In this document: positions 26,601-37,560 of the stretch, piece after piece
Layout: each line of letters opens with the position of its first letter
Position numbering within the stretch: the first letter of the stretch is position 1
Source: Vitrella brassicaformis CCMP3155
Taxonomy: Eukaryota; Protista; Chromerida
NCBI GenBank assembly: GCA_001179505.1
Contig: CDMY01000243.1
Span: forward strand, 248,001 to 312,000
Reading direction: 5' to 3'
DNA: 64,000 nt
Program-made: the position numbers and the translations under genes
Notes under the pieces: model-generated
Seen by the model: the letters and a program-made list of their open reading frames with translations, nothing else
What the model was told of the DNA's origin: nothing
Databases searched by the model: none

Positions 26601-29114
26601 GAAGAGGCGTGCGTGTGCCGAGAAGCGGTGCACATCCGTCGACAAGGAAGTCTTCTACTCGCCGTGACCATACACACACACACACATACACATATGGATG
26701 GATGGATGGATGTGTGGATGGCGTGACAGCTACCGCGTTGCCCGCACCATAGTGCAGATGGACAAGGCGGTGCTCAAGAACATTCCCAGCCGAGACCAGA
26801 GACACATGATCATAATGGCACGAAAGGTGCGGACCGGAGGAGGGGGAGGGCGGAGGGCGGAGGGAGAGACACAGGCACATCGCCCTGAATCTCTATCCCT
26901 CCCCCTGTGTGTGTCTTGTGTGTGTATACTTGGGCTGTGATGGATGCGATGCAGTCCGGCGATGTGCATCTGGTGGTTTGTGACGTGACGCGCATGTACG
27001 CCCCCGAGTGGCGCGACAAAACTGCCTTTCTCGTGCGCGACCCCCAGGTCAAGGAGGCAGTGGCGCGGGTAACGTGTCGAGACGGCAGGTGGGACAGAAT
27101 GCCACTCAAGTGCTCCGGCAAGCAAGCCGCACAAACACACACACACACACACACACACAAAAACAGGCAGGCAGGCAGGCAGACTGCAGTGGACAATTAA
27201 TTATTCGGGCACGTGTGCGTGAATGCAGCTGGTTGTCGCGGGGCGTTCGACATTTATCACGTTGACAGGATGGCCAAGGTGTTCCGGCGGGGAGGCCCTG
27301 AGGCGGACACACAGTGCTCTACGGCGGGGCAGACACTCCAGGCCGTCGGCGCCCTGTCCTATGGGGAAAAACACGCGCTCATTCAGAAACACGAACAGAA
27401 AAGGCAGCAGACCGATGTGGCATCAGTGTTGCCGCTGGTGGCTCTGCTCTTCATGGCTGGCGAGCTTGCCCACGCCTTCTCAGGAAACCCCCCTCTGCGC
27501 CACCTGAGTGACTTCTTGCTCCCTCTCTGGACGGCGAACCATCAGCATGAGCCGGCCCCCGCATATGTCGCCTTCATTCTCACCTCCCCCGCGACCAACA
27601 ATACCCTGCTCGACATGCGAGACACTGGTGGTGGCGGGGAGGTGATGATATCTCTGGCTGAAGGCGGTCTGCTGCCGGGGCGCCAGGACGCTGCACATGA
27701 CGGGAGGGTGCGTGGCTGGGGCTGCCCAGGCCAGCCAGGGGTGGGTTCGGCGTGTGTCGTCGGAGCGCCGTCTGGCGCCTCCAAGTACGCTTCCCTCTCT
27801 GCTCGCGACGCACGGCCATCCAGTGCAGCTGAAGATCGGCAGCGGGTTGGTCAGCCCTGCGGAGGTCCTTCTCTCGGGTTGGGATGTGTCTCCCGCCTTC
27901 AGAGGGACCTCTCCAGGTGATACCATCCCTCCAGCACCATCGGCTGCGGGGAGGTTCGTAGCGGTTGACGGCAGCCAGCCGCCTCCCTCGTCTGCTATCG
28001 GTGACCATGGGTCCTTTCCTTCTTGGCTGGCTGCATCATTCGCTTCTGGTGGTGTGCACTCTGAAGGCGCCCCTGTGGTCGAGAATGCTGACAGAGGAGA
28101 GGCACCGTCTCCCTGGCGGTCGCTGAAACGTTGGCTGCTCGGTGGTTCTCTTGACTCGCCGGCCGCCGCGCCATCTTCGTCTTTTGTGGAGTTGGGAAGT
28201 GGCACGGACCCCGACACCAACGGCCTCCCGTCTAGCAGCGATGTTGTGCAGAAGGTGGTCAAACACGCGGACGAGGAGCGGAATAAGGGTGACACTAAGA
28301 CGGCCGTCGAGAAGGGTGACAAGGCCGGCGAGGGAAGCGCCGAGGACAGTGTGAGCAACGTCACGTATGAGTTCGACTTGAAAGACGAAGCGACTGAGGG
28401 CGGCCTTGTCGCGTGGGTCACTGCCTCATTATCACAGACAGACAGACAGACAGACAGACAGAGATTGTCGATCCCATCATCATTCTGTGTCTGTGTGTCT
28501 GCAGGCACCACACGTACGTCAGCAACCAGAACTGGACCGACATCCTCTACAACACGTCGCTCGAGCAGAGGCTAGACCACTTGCCAAACGCCCCCTACGG
28601 CCCGGCAATGTCACGCGCGTTTGAGATCTTCTTCTACATCAACCAGGAGAAACGGGGCGCCACCGGCAGCCCATTCGGCGCCTCGTGTAAGCTGATGGAG
28701 GGCATCCACCCCAAGGCGCACGAGTACCTCATATGGGGCCCTGGCTGCTGTGACCCAGCCAACTGCTGGCATGGTTTGAAGCCGCCTGACAAGAACAGGG
28801 CAGGGTTCTGCAAGGGACACGTATATGGCAGAGGAACATGGGTGGGTATACACACTCGTCCGCACAGATGACATTCACAAGACGCACGCGCACCCGGGCT
28901 GCAGCCGTGTGGGCGTGGCGTCTGTCTTGCACATGTGTGTATCGTCTGTCGTCATGCCATGCAGGTTGCGATACAGTACGGGAGGTACACGTGGCGGCAC
29001 GTCGATGAGAGGGGATATCCCACCGACTTCGTCCGCGGCACGCCCAACGAAGTCAGCGTCAGCTATGTCATGTGCACTGCAAGGAAGTGGCACGTGGCCA
29101 TATACCCACCATAG
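17653..29114 (+). CDS. Giant secreted protein: signal peptide, CGNGxxExGEECD Cys-rich repeat, ~21 divergent sushi/CCP-like modules; apparent frameshift at ~23508
   Basis: MGLSTLPPARLHLCLILLSASALP leader; VCGNGIVEQGEECD; recurrent C..Y....HG....I.C.....C.DG.W....L.C modules, mostly one per exon; last exon ends VMCTARKWHVAIYPP-TAG at 29114. Confidence 0.85.
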
Positions 29115-29327
29115 ATCGATTCGATGGCTACCTAGAGAGCTGGGTCGATCAGTCATTGTGACGGCAGTCTGTGTTTGTGTGACGTAGCGTTTTTTGATTC
29201 AGAGGTGACTGATCTCAGCATTCAGATGCATTGATGTCGACGGTCTGTGGTGATGTTAGTTACATGCACTCAGAGGTGTCTCTTCGTTCGTTCCTCTCTT
29301 GCTCTTCAGACAAACAGACCAATGGCA

Positions 29328-30034
29328 TCAGTCACCTGAAGACAATGAGACACAACACTAGGAGACATGTGCAGTGCAGATCACACAGACAGACAGGCGG
29401 CTGAGGCACACACACTGAGACTCACCACGCTCATTCCTTGGCTTGCCTTTGGTGTGTGCGGCGGGTGAGGCAAACGTCTTCCTTCTTCTCTGTGACATCA
29501 GGAAGCCCTTCTCCACCAAATCTCGATCCGTCTGCACCACACACACGCAACACGATGGGAGACACACACATCCGTCCGTCTGTGTCCTGTCTGTCTGTCT
29601 GTCTCTCTGTGTGTGTGTGTGTGTGTGTGTGTGACCTGTGCGTCGAAGTCTGACGGGAAGACGCCCTTTGCCTCCATCGTCTCTGTGGCCATTGTGGACG
29701 GTGCGGCCTGGCGGCTGGGCGGCTGCTTGGGTGGTGGTGGTGTCACGGCACTGGGCGGCTCTGGTGGTTGTGTCTTGCCTCGCTCCGCCAACTGCAGCTT
29801 GTGGACGGCTGCCTGAAGGCACACACAGACAGAGAGCGATGGATGTGGGTGTCATCTGTGTGTGTGTGTGTGTGTGTGATTGCGTGCCTGCGCCTCCGCC
29901 CCTGTCAGTTGGTCGGTGGGCAGCACATGAAGTGGGTCGGTGTCCTGATTGTCGTACGACAAGCAAGAGCCCGTCGGCAGTGCGGCGGTGAGGAGGAGAA
30001 AGCCCGCAAGCAAGACAAGCTCCCTCGCCATCAT
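29328..30034 (-). CDS. Small secreted hypothetical protein, Pro-rich, 4 exons
   Basis: MMARELVLLAGFLLLTAALPTGSC signal-like start; consistent exons AAVHKLQLAERGKTQPPEPP.. and TDRDLVEKGFLMSQRRRKTF. Confidence 0.55.
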
Positions 30035-30808
30035 GGCTGATTCGCCCGCCCCTCAGCGCGTTAATTGAGTCGATGAGGAGCCCTCCTGTGTCGGTCGTTG
30101 GTCGATTGCGTACATGTGTGGGTACTCATTCTCTGCACAAGGAGTGGGAGGGGGGATGGAGGGTTGGTCAGAGTTGCAATTGCTCAGATGGGATCCCTTC
30201 GTCTGTGTGTGCTCAATTGTGTGACGACGGAGCATCGATCAATCACAAGTACGTCGCGTGTCAGGTCATTCCTTCCTTGTCTCTCATATGCATGGACGAA
30301 GGCACACTCTCATTGGTCCATGTACGTCATGTTTGTGCAAATCCACCGGCCGGGGAATTGAATTTCATCCATTCACTCATTTCATCAAGGGTCTTACGCA
30401 CACGGAGGCAGTCCTACGCGAGCATACAAACACACGCATCACACACGCACACACACACACGTAGAAGCCCCGCGTCAAGGTCCTCCCTACCTATCTCTCT
30501 GTTCCTCCGCCTCGCGAACACACAGGCACATGCACACACAGCCAGTAGTCGCTGCACAGATGGGGCGAGGCGGGGTGGGCTATCGCACTGCGGCTGTCTT
30601 GTGTGGTGTTTGTGTTGTATGTGTGTGTGTATGTATCTGTGTGTATCTGTGTGTATCTGTGTGTATCTGTGTGTATCTGTGTGTGTGTGTGTATGCCACA
30701 ATCAGTGATGGGTCTTTCTTTCTGTTGGTGTTGCCGTGTGTGTGGTGTGGTGTTGTGGTTGGTGGGTCCGTCGGTGGATCCAACTACGTTCTATCTGCTC
30801 TGCTCTGC

Positions 30809-31466
30809 TCAGTCGTCGGATGCCTCGATCTCACGCTCGTAGCGCTGCTGGTCCTCCTCAGCCTGAACACACCACAACACACCACAACACACCACACAAC
30901 ACACACATCCATGTCTGCGGTGACGTGCCGTCCATGTATGTGTTTGCATGTTTGTGTGAGATGCATCCGTGCCATATCGACGTAGGGCTTCTTGTCCTCA
31001 TCCTCCATCTCACGCCACTCCTTGCCTGCACACACCACACACCACACCACACACACACACACACACCATGTCCGTATGGCGCCTCCCCAAATGCATCCGG
31101 CCCATCCATCGCATTACCCATTTTCTTGTCGATGAGGTTGGCCTTGATACCCATCTCCTTCAACTCCTCACGACGACCCGCAGCATAGTGGGAGTCTGCA
31201 CACCACACCCATGTGCCGCGCCGCCCCACACATCAGGGAATGCACCAGGAAATTCACCGGCCACACACGTCGTATGGATGGATGGACCGATGCCCCACCG
31301 GTGTGGTGTGCTTACATGCGTTTTTGGGCTTCTTGGGGTGGTCCTTCTTGACACCCCCGCCTCGCTCTTCACCTGTTGAGCGGCTGCGCCCTTTGCCACC
31401 TGTCCACCGTCGCTCATCAAAGCCCTTCGCGAAGGGCTTGCCTGGCGTTCTCTTCTGCCTCGGCAT
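30809..31466 (-). CDS. Single HMG-box protein with basic N-terminus (Nhp6/HMGB-like)
   Basis: Spliced product HPKKPKNAYSHYAAGRREELKEMGIKANLIDKKMGKEWREMEDEDKKPYVDMAEEDQQRYEREIE; 3 introns, one GC-AG. Confidence 0.9.
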
Positions 31467-31512
31467 AATGACCGCACTTACACTTAGAGCGGTCGATCTG
31501 GGCCGCATGCAT

Positions 31513-31862
31513 TTACAAGTGGCGGGGGCACCTGCAGTCTCCCCGAAGATCACGGTGCGAGGAAGCGGCAATGTTGACCTCCTGTATCGTCACCTTAGGC
31601 TTAATTACCTCCACCAAATGAATCTCGGGAATCTGACAGACACGCAGCGCAGACAGGTGGATGGATGGATGGATGGATGGACGGCGGAAAGTGGTGTGGA
31701 CAATGCATTCATGAATCATCTGTGTGAGGGTACCTCCACAATGCGGTCCCGCACGTGGACCTCCTGGTGCACGGGAATGTGCAACACATGGGGCTCACCA
31801 GCGGCTGGTGGGGCCTGCAGCAAGACATCAAATCGCACCATCTTGACTACATTGTTGACCAT
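31513..31862 (-). CDS. Short alveolin/IMC-type repeat ORF (~80 aa), possibly truncated
   Basis: Two exons join to HIPVHQEVHVRDRIVEIPEIHLVEVIKPKVTIQEV, the V/I-E-V-P periodicity of alveolin repeats; early stop. Confidence 0.6.
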
Positions 31863-32384
31863 TAGTCGTCTGCCGGTAGGCCGCAGCGGCTCTCTTGGTT
31901 GTGTATTTATGTCCGTATTTATGTCCGGCGAGTGTGGATAGCTGAGTTTCTCACCGTCTGCGGAGGGAGCGGCTGTGACTGCATACTCGCGTTGCCTGGC
32001 TCAGGGCCGAGATAGAAATTCACGCGCATGCAAGAATTTTCAGATCGGTACCATTGGCACGGACTCACTTTGGTGTATTGTGTCGGCCCGTGCCGGGCAC
32101 TCTGCTCGTCCGGGGCAGCAACAGATCGTGAGTCGTCAGACTTCTGAGGCGGAAAAGATATATGCTCCGTGTCTCCTCAAATCACCCTGTGCGTGTAAGC
32201 GAGCAGCCAGAGAAGATGAGTTCATCGCGAGATCAAAAATTAGCAAGGTACTGTTACAGAGTTGGCTGGCCAGAAGACACGGATACAAAGCACTCAAAAT
32301 TCTCTCTTCGTTTTCTACACGCATACACGGAGCAGTAGCAGTGTATGCATATGCAGAAACCCCTTTCTTTGCCGCTGGCCACGC

Positions 32385-33833
32385 TCATGCCGCCACGCCC
32401 TTTGGATTCGACTCGACCCTCAGTGATTGCCTCTGTGCCCTGAGTGATGCACCACAGTTTGCACATACAATGTCCGCCGATGCTCCGAACCCCTCGACGC
32501 CGAGGACGTCTCCAAAGAGGATGCGGTTTTGATATCCGCAGTTCGGGCAGGGGCCACCCCGCACCTCACAGGGGGAAAACCTCAGCGGGGTGGGAAAATC
32601 GCTGCTAGATACAACACACACACACACGGACAGTACGCTCACTTACTCCTTGAGGAAGAGGTTCTCGGTGCCGTCCATGGCCAGGGTCCAGATGATGGGC
32701 GAGCTGATGAACAGATTGAGGAAGGGGTTCACACTCCGCAGCACAGGGATGAACTCGAACGCCAGGAACGACCACAGCACGGTAGATAAGAACATCCACG
32801 GCAAATACACCATGTAGTTGCGGATACGATCTTTCTTCCACGTCACACGACAAACGCCTGAGTGGGTGGACAGACAAGACAGGTGGGTGGGGTGGGGTGG
32901 AGAGAGGGGTGGATGCAGCCAACAGAGTGAGTGCAGTACGATCAAAACACAGAGAATGATTAACGGTCGGACCGCCGGCCACAAGCTTCAATAAGCGCCC
33001 GGCTGCCTGGCTGCCAGGCTGTCCACCCACGTACCTACCTGAAATCCTACCTGTATCGACGGCACACTTGGGGTCGCTGGTGACGGCGATCCGGCTGCCC
33101 TGGTTCCTGAGTTCGGCTTTGAGGGTGTCAAATTCTTCGTCGGTCACGATGGGCTGCCCCTTCATGTATGCCGACATGGCGTTGAGGAAGAGGGTCTCGT
33201 TGCGCGTGAGGAATATCACATCACTGCCCTCCCACGCCAAGTCCTGCTTGAGCAGATCGAAGTCGCCGTCAGTCAGCGCCTGCCAACCGCTCAAGTAGTA
33301 CGACTGCAGCGCATCGAGGAATACACGCTCCTTTTCAGCTGTCGTCAGCTTGACAGGGTTGCCGCAGTTGTCGAGCCGGACAAACTCCTCCCGGTCCTCT
33401 TCCTCACCCGCCTGCAGGTATCAGATAGATAACAGATTGACAGATTGGTGAAGTGAAATGAATGAAATGAAGGAAGGGATAGACGGACACAGTCTCCGCT
33501 GATGCTCATACCCACTCTCATGATGCCAGTCGGCTTCCCAGTGCGGCAGCCGCTGCTCGCAGAAGGTGAGGGTGTCTTCTCATGCTTGTCGGCTGTTGCC
33601 TTGGCTGGGCATGTGGAGGGGCATGTAACGAGGGCCGGCAGAGACATAGTCGGAGGGGCCGTGAGGGCATCCCATGTGATGACAGCGCTGAACGGCAGCG
33701 CAGTGAGGTAGACATACGGCTGCTTGGCGGGGAGGGCCGGCTGAGCGGGCACTGTGGGCAGCACGAGGGCGTGACAGAAATACGGCAGATCCGCAGTCGT
33801 CACGTTGGGCCCGTTGCCTACACATACACACAC
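32385..33833 (-). CDS. PGRL1: PGR5-like protein 1 (PGRL1 family), plastid cyclic electron flow; 5' end uncertain
   Basis: FLDALQSYYLSG..DFDLLKQDLAWEGSDVIFL..FLNAMSAYMKGQPIVTDEEFDTLK..GSRIA..PKC, two TM helices, GPCPNCGYQNRILFG..IVCANCG. Confidence 0.9.
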
Positions 33834-33903
33834 GCATAAGAATCACATGTGAATTGACCCTCTCTGTGTGTGTTCTGTGACGATCGGGCGGGCCTGAGTC
33901 AAG

Positions 33904-33944
33904 TTTAGCTTCGTCAAGTCCTGTGTCTCTCTGACGAAGCTAAA
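33904..33944. repeat. Perfect 13-bp inverted repeat, 15-nt spacer
   Basis: TTTAGCTTCGTCA (33904-33916) / TGACGAAGCTAAA (33932-33944). Confidence 0.9.
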
Positions 33945-34224
33945 ATATCTAAGCGGGAAATTTGCAATCCCCTTGCCGGCTCGTCTCCTCAAAGTTGGCG
34001 GACATTGGCAGGACATTTGGCGAGGGCAGCTGTTCGTCTTTGCGCGTGGGTGCGTGTGCGATTGATCTATAAGCCTGTTGTCAGAGCCATTTATGCGAGA
34101 TGGTCCCTCGATTGGTGGCATGCACTCGCGTCTCTCCCTGTCTCTCCCTGTGTCTCCACAGCCAGCCACATACAGGAATCTTGCACATACGGCAGACAGG
34201 CAGGGAAGCCAGGCTATGTGTCTC

Positions 34225-35409
34225 TTAGTTGATGGCAAGCTTAGCCATCATGTTCGTCAGCGAATCGACGGGGTCGAGTCTCTGGCATTTCTCCCTCCCC
34301 GGCTCTCTCAAGTCGTGAACCTCAGGTGATCGCTTCCCCACTCGCCTCCTTGGGGCGATCCTCGCGCGCCGACGACGGGCGATTTCCTCGGCTTCCTTCC
34401 GCTTTCTCCGCTGTGTCTGGGCAGAACTGCTCCAGTCGGGGATCGGGAGGAGGGCAGGGCGCATCCGGCTTCCTAAAATACATGTGCAGATTGGGGTGAC
34501 GGCGGCCTCCCTGTTGGCCGCTCAAGCGCCCGGTCCCATTGTCGTCGAACCGCACCTCCTCATCGAACCTCACCGTCTTCTTCTTTTCCCGCTGAATGGC
34601 TGGCTTTGTAGCCGCACTCTTCAAGATACCCTTCAAAGCCGTCGACCCCTTGGTTGACGCATGTGCAGCCGACGATTCCTTTTGCTGCATCGTTCCCGAA
34701 GTGCCGGTCTTGTCACTGCGGATCGGCAATGCGGATCGGCAATGCCTTCCCCGTGGTCTCGCTCTCAGAGCCGGTCGAGTCCTGCTGCAGCTTGAAGTGT
34801 GTCTCTTCGCTGCCGTTGTGGTCATTGTGGCTTGTGTCCGTCGCCAATGGAGGTATGCTGAGCGGGTCTGAGGCCAAGCACATCGATCCATTCATATGAT
34901 CATGCCCTGTAGTGACGTGTGGTCGTGATAAGCTGTTTCTTTTCTGCGACCACCGACAGCACCAGCACTCGTGGCTGTGGAGCGGGGATCCGCTGAGGTC
35001 TGCATCCAAACAAACACGAGATGCAGCCGTGTTTCTGCTGATGTGTCCGTTTGTTGTGCACCGAGCTAAGGTAGCCTTCGCAGGGCAGAACAGAGCCACC
35101 AGCGCCCTTCCCATGGCCAGAGCCTTCTTGTCGCACCAGAGACGGGAGGAGCTGACAGCCAAGAGACAGAGCGCGGCCCACACTGTCAGTTGTCTTGACG
35201 ACCGGAAGACCCTGAAGCAGGTCCTGGACAGAAACTTCACCGTGATCGATGTGCTGGGTCATAGCTGCCTGAGGCTCAGAGTCTGTCGTCCCCTTGCTGC
35301 CTCCGTCTGTCTCTGAGTCAGTCTCCAGCTCGGCCTTGAAGTTCTCTGGTGGGGGCGCGGGCTGCCTCTTCCACAGGCGATTGTACCAACTTATCAGTGT
35401 AAGAAGCAT
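34225..35409 (-). pseudogene. Disordered hypothetical protein with SILK + RVxF (PP1-docking) motifs, disrupted by a 13-bp tandem duplication
   Basis: MLLTLISWYNRLW.. start; ..KALPIR / duplication GCGGATCGGCAAT at 34718-34743 / SDKTGTSG..KGILKS..KKKTVRFDEE; C-terminus likely ..DSLTNMMAKLAIN in another frame. Confidence 0.5.
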
Positions 35410-35584
35410 GATTGACGTCTCTTTTTGCCGACGGGGGCTGCAAGGGAAACGGAGAGGGGGTAAAATTTTCTCCTTCTGGGAGCTCAACTTTTCAGCTTGC
35501 AATTGTCAGCTTGGCTGTCCAGGCTGCCGGAACTTTTTGGCAAGGGCGCTTTCTCTCGATTCGCATGAGGAACGCACGCATCGC

Positions 35585-36500
35585 ATGAGGCCTCCAATGT
35601 ACTCCAATGGTCTCTTTCTTCATGGCTGCAGTGAGGTGAGGGAGTACAGTGTCATTGGATGGGCCGTATACGGGCCTCGGATGCAAAGCGCCGACGGCGA
35701 GTGGCGCACTGTTGAGTAAGGGGCGATGGAAGCTGCACAGAGCACAACGTCTTGTCCATCCATTCTGTTGCATTTGTCCATCCATTCTGCAGGTTGTCGA
35801 ACCAGGCGTTTCACCAGTACGAGGAGATCAAGGGCCATCTGCCGGAAGTGGGCGGTCGGGAGCAGGGCCAGATCTTCACCATGCCGGAGAGTGTACGCTC
35901 GCATACGCAGAGAACAGAGAGAGAGAGAGGGACGCGTCCATCCATCCATCCATCCATCTGTGTGTATCTGTCCATCTGTGTGTGTGCCTGTCTGTCTGTC
36001 TGTCTGCAGTATTGGCGTTATAAGCTGGGCCTGCACATGTCGTCTGGGTGGCTCCACATGGGCAACCCCCTGTATGTACCATTCATCCCACCCAGCCACA
36101 CTCACCCCTTCCACCATTTGCACTGATCATGTGTGTGGTGTATATTCTTTTTCGTTGTGTGCTGCTCAAATTGTCTCACGTGTGCAGGAAGGAGCCTTAC
36201 ATGATGATGTTCCACCTGCCCAGGGCTGCGTCGCAGACCGAGCCAGTGGCAGCTGATCCCGTGCAGCACGTTACGCAGCAGGCCAACAGCAAGGTGCAGC
36301 AGGCGGGCAGCAACAAGGACAGCAAGAACGAGGACAAGAAGCACGTGAAGAAAAAAGCCCCCCGTCACCCGGAGGCGGCCCCAGCAAGCGTGCCCGCAAC
36401 GCATAGCCATACAACTACACACACGAGTATACAAGTACACCCAGTCGACAGAGACACAGAGACAGATGTAGTGTGTGGAGTGCCAATCCTCTCTGCCTGA
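35585..36500 (+). CDS. Hypothetical protein, 4 exons
   Basis: Three GT-AG introns give one continuous frame: MRPPMYSNGLFLHGC..WRTVELSNQAFHQYEEIKGHLPE..MPESYWRYKLGLHMSSGWLHMGNPLKEPYMMMFHLP.. then a low-complexity tail. Confidence 0.65.
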
Positions 36501-37560
36501 TCCGGATGGTCTTGGTGTCTGTCTGTCCGGACGTGAGTGTGGATGAATGAGTGCGGATGGATGGATGGATGCTATCGCCTGGACGTTTGAGTGCCGTGAA
36601 GTGACTTACGTGTATTGGGGCGAGAGATGGGGAGGTAGGGGGCTGCCTGATTGGCCGGGAGAGAGAGGGGTTCCGCAGAAGGGCAGGTCGGCAGGTAGGC
36701 AGGGAGACAACTTTCTCTCTCTCACTGGACTTTACACCCACCCACTCACTTCGTCGATGCTGTTTCTTTCCTTCTGGATGGATGGGTTGCTTCTCCTTTA
36801 CATGGATGTTGGGCGTGTGGTGCTGTATGGGTGTCTTGTGACGATGCGGGATCATTCATGGGACGACTGGATGGCGGGCGGGTCTAACTTCGACAGACTT
36901 CCAATCGTTTCTTTATGGACTGACTGACTGTCTCCATCCACATGAAGACGACAGCGAATGAGTCCCATGACGACGGACGGACACAGAACACCCCCAACAC
37001 ACACACACACACACACACACAGACGTGCAATGACGCAGCATCCATTCATCCCATCTGCGTCACTTGCACGGTCGCCATAAAGGCGCCCCTCCCTCCCTCC
37101 CTCCCTCCCTCCCGCTATCCATAGGCACACACTGATGTGTACGTCAGTAGCTTAGACACACACACACACACACACATTAGTCAGCACACATGGCGGTATG
37201 GATAAACACACCGACACCCACACCCACACCCACCCCATACACACACACAGATGCCTCCCGACCGGCCGGGAAAAAGTGACTGACGCACACAGAGACAGAC
37301 CAGTAAGTACTTAACAGTCTTATGAATCGCACTCACTATGTATGTCGATGCATGTTCCGACTGACTGTCAAAAAGCAGTCCTCCCCCACCACCCACCCTA
37401 CCTATGACTAGAAAAGCTGATGGCTCCTCGCCCATCCATCCATCCATGTCGACGCAAGGGGCCACCAGCCGATGACGAGACATACATACACTTAGTGACT
37501 ACACACACACTCACTGGACAGACAGTTAGTTACACGCACTCATGTATTGCTTATTATGAA

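Noticed and set aside
27480-28511. 343-aa minus-strand ORF
   Set aside because: Antisense to a low-complexity sushi gene exon; no domain signal.
31420-31439. Perfect 20-bp palindrome AAGCCCTTCGCGAAGGGCTT
   Set aside because: Inside the HMG coding exon (KPFAKG), single copy; most likely a codon coincidence.
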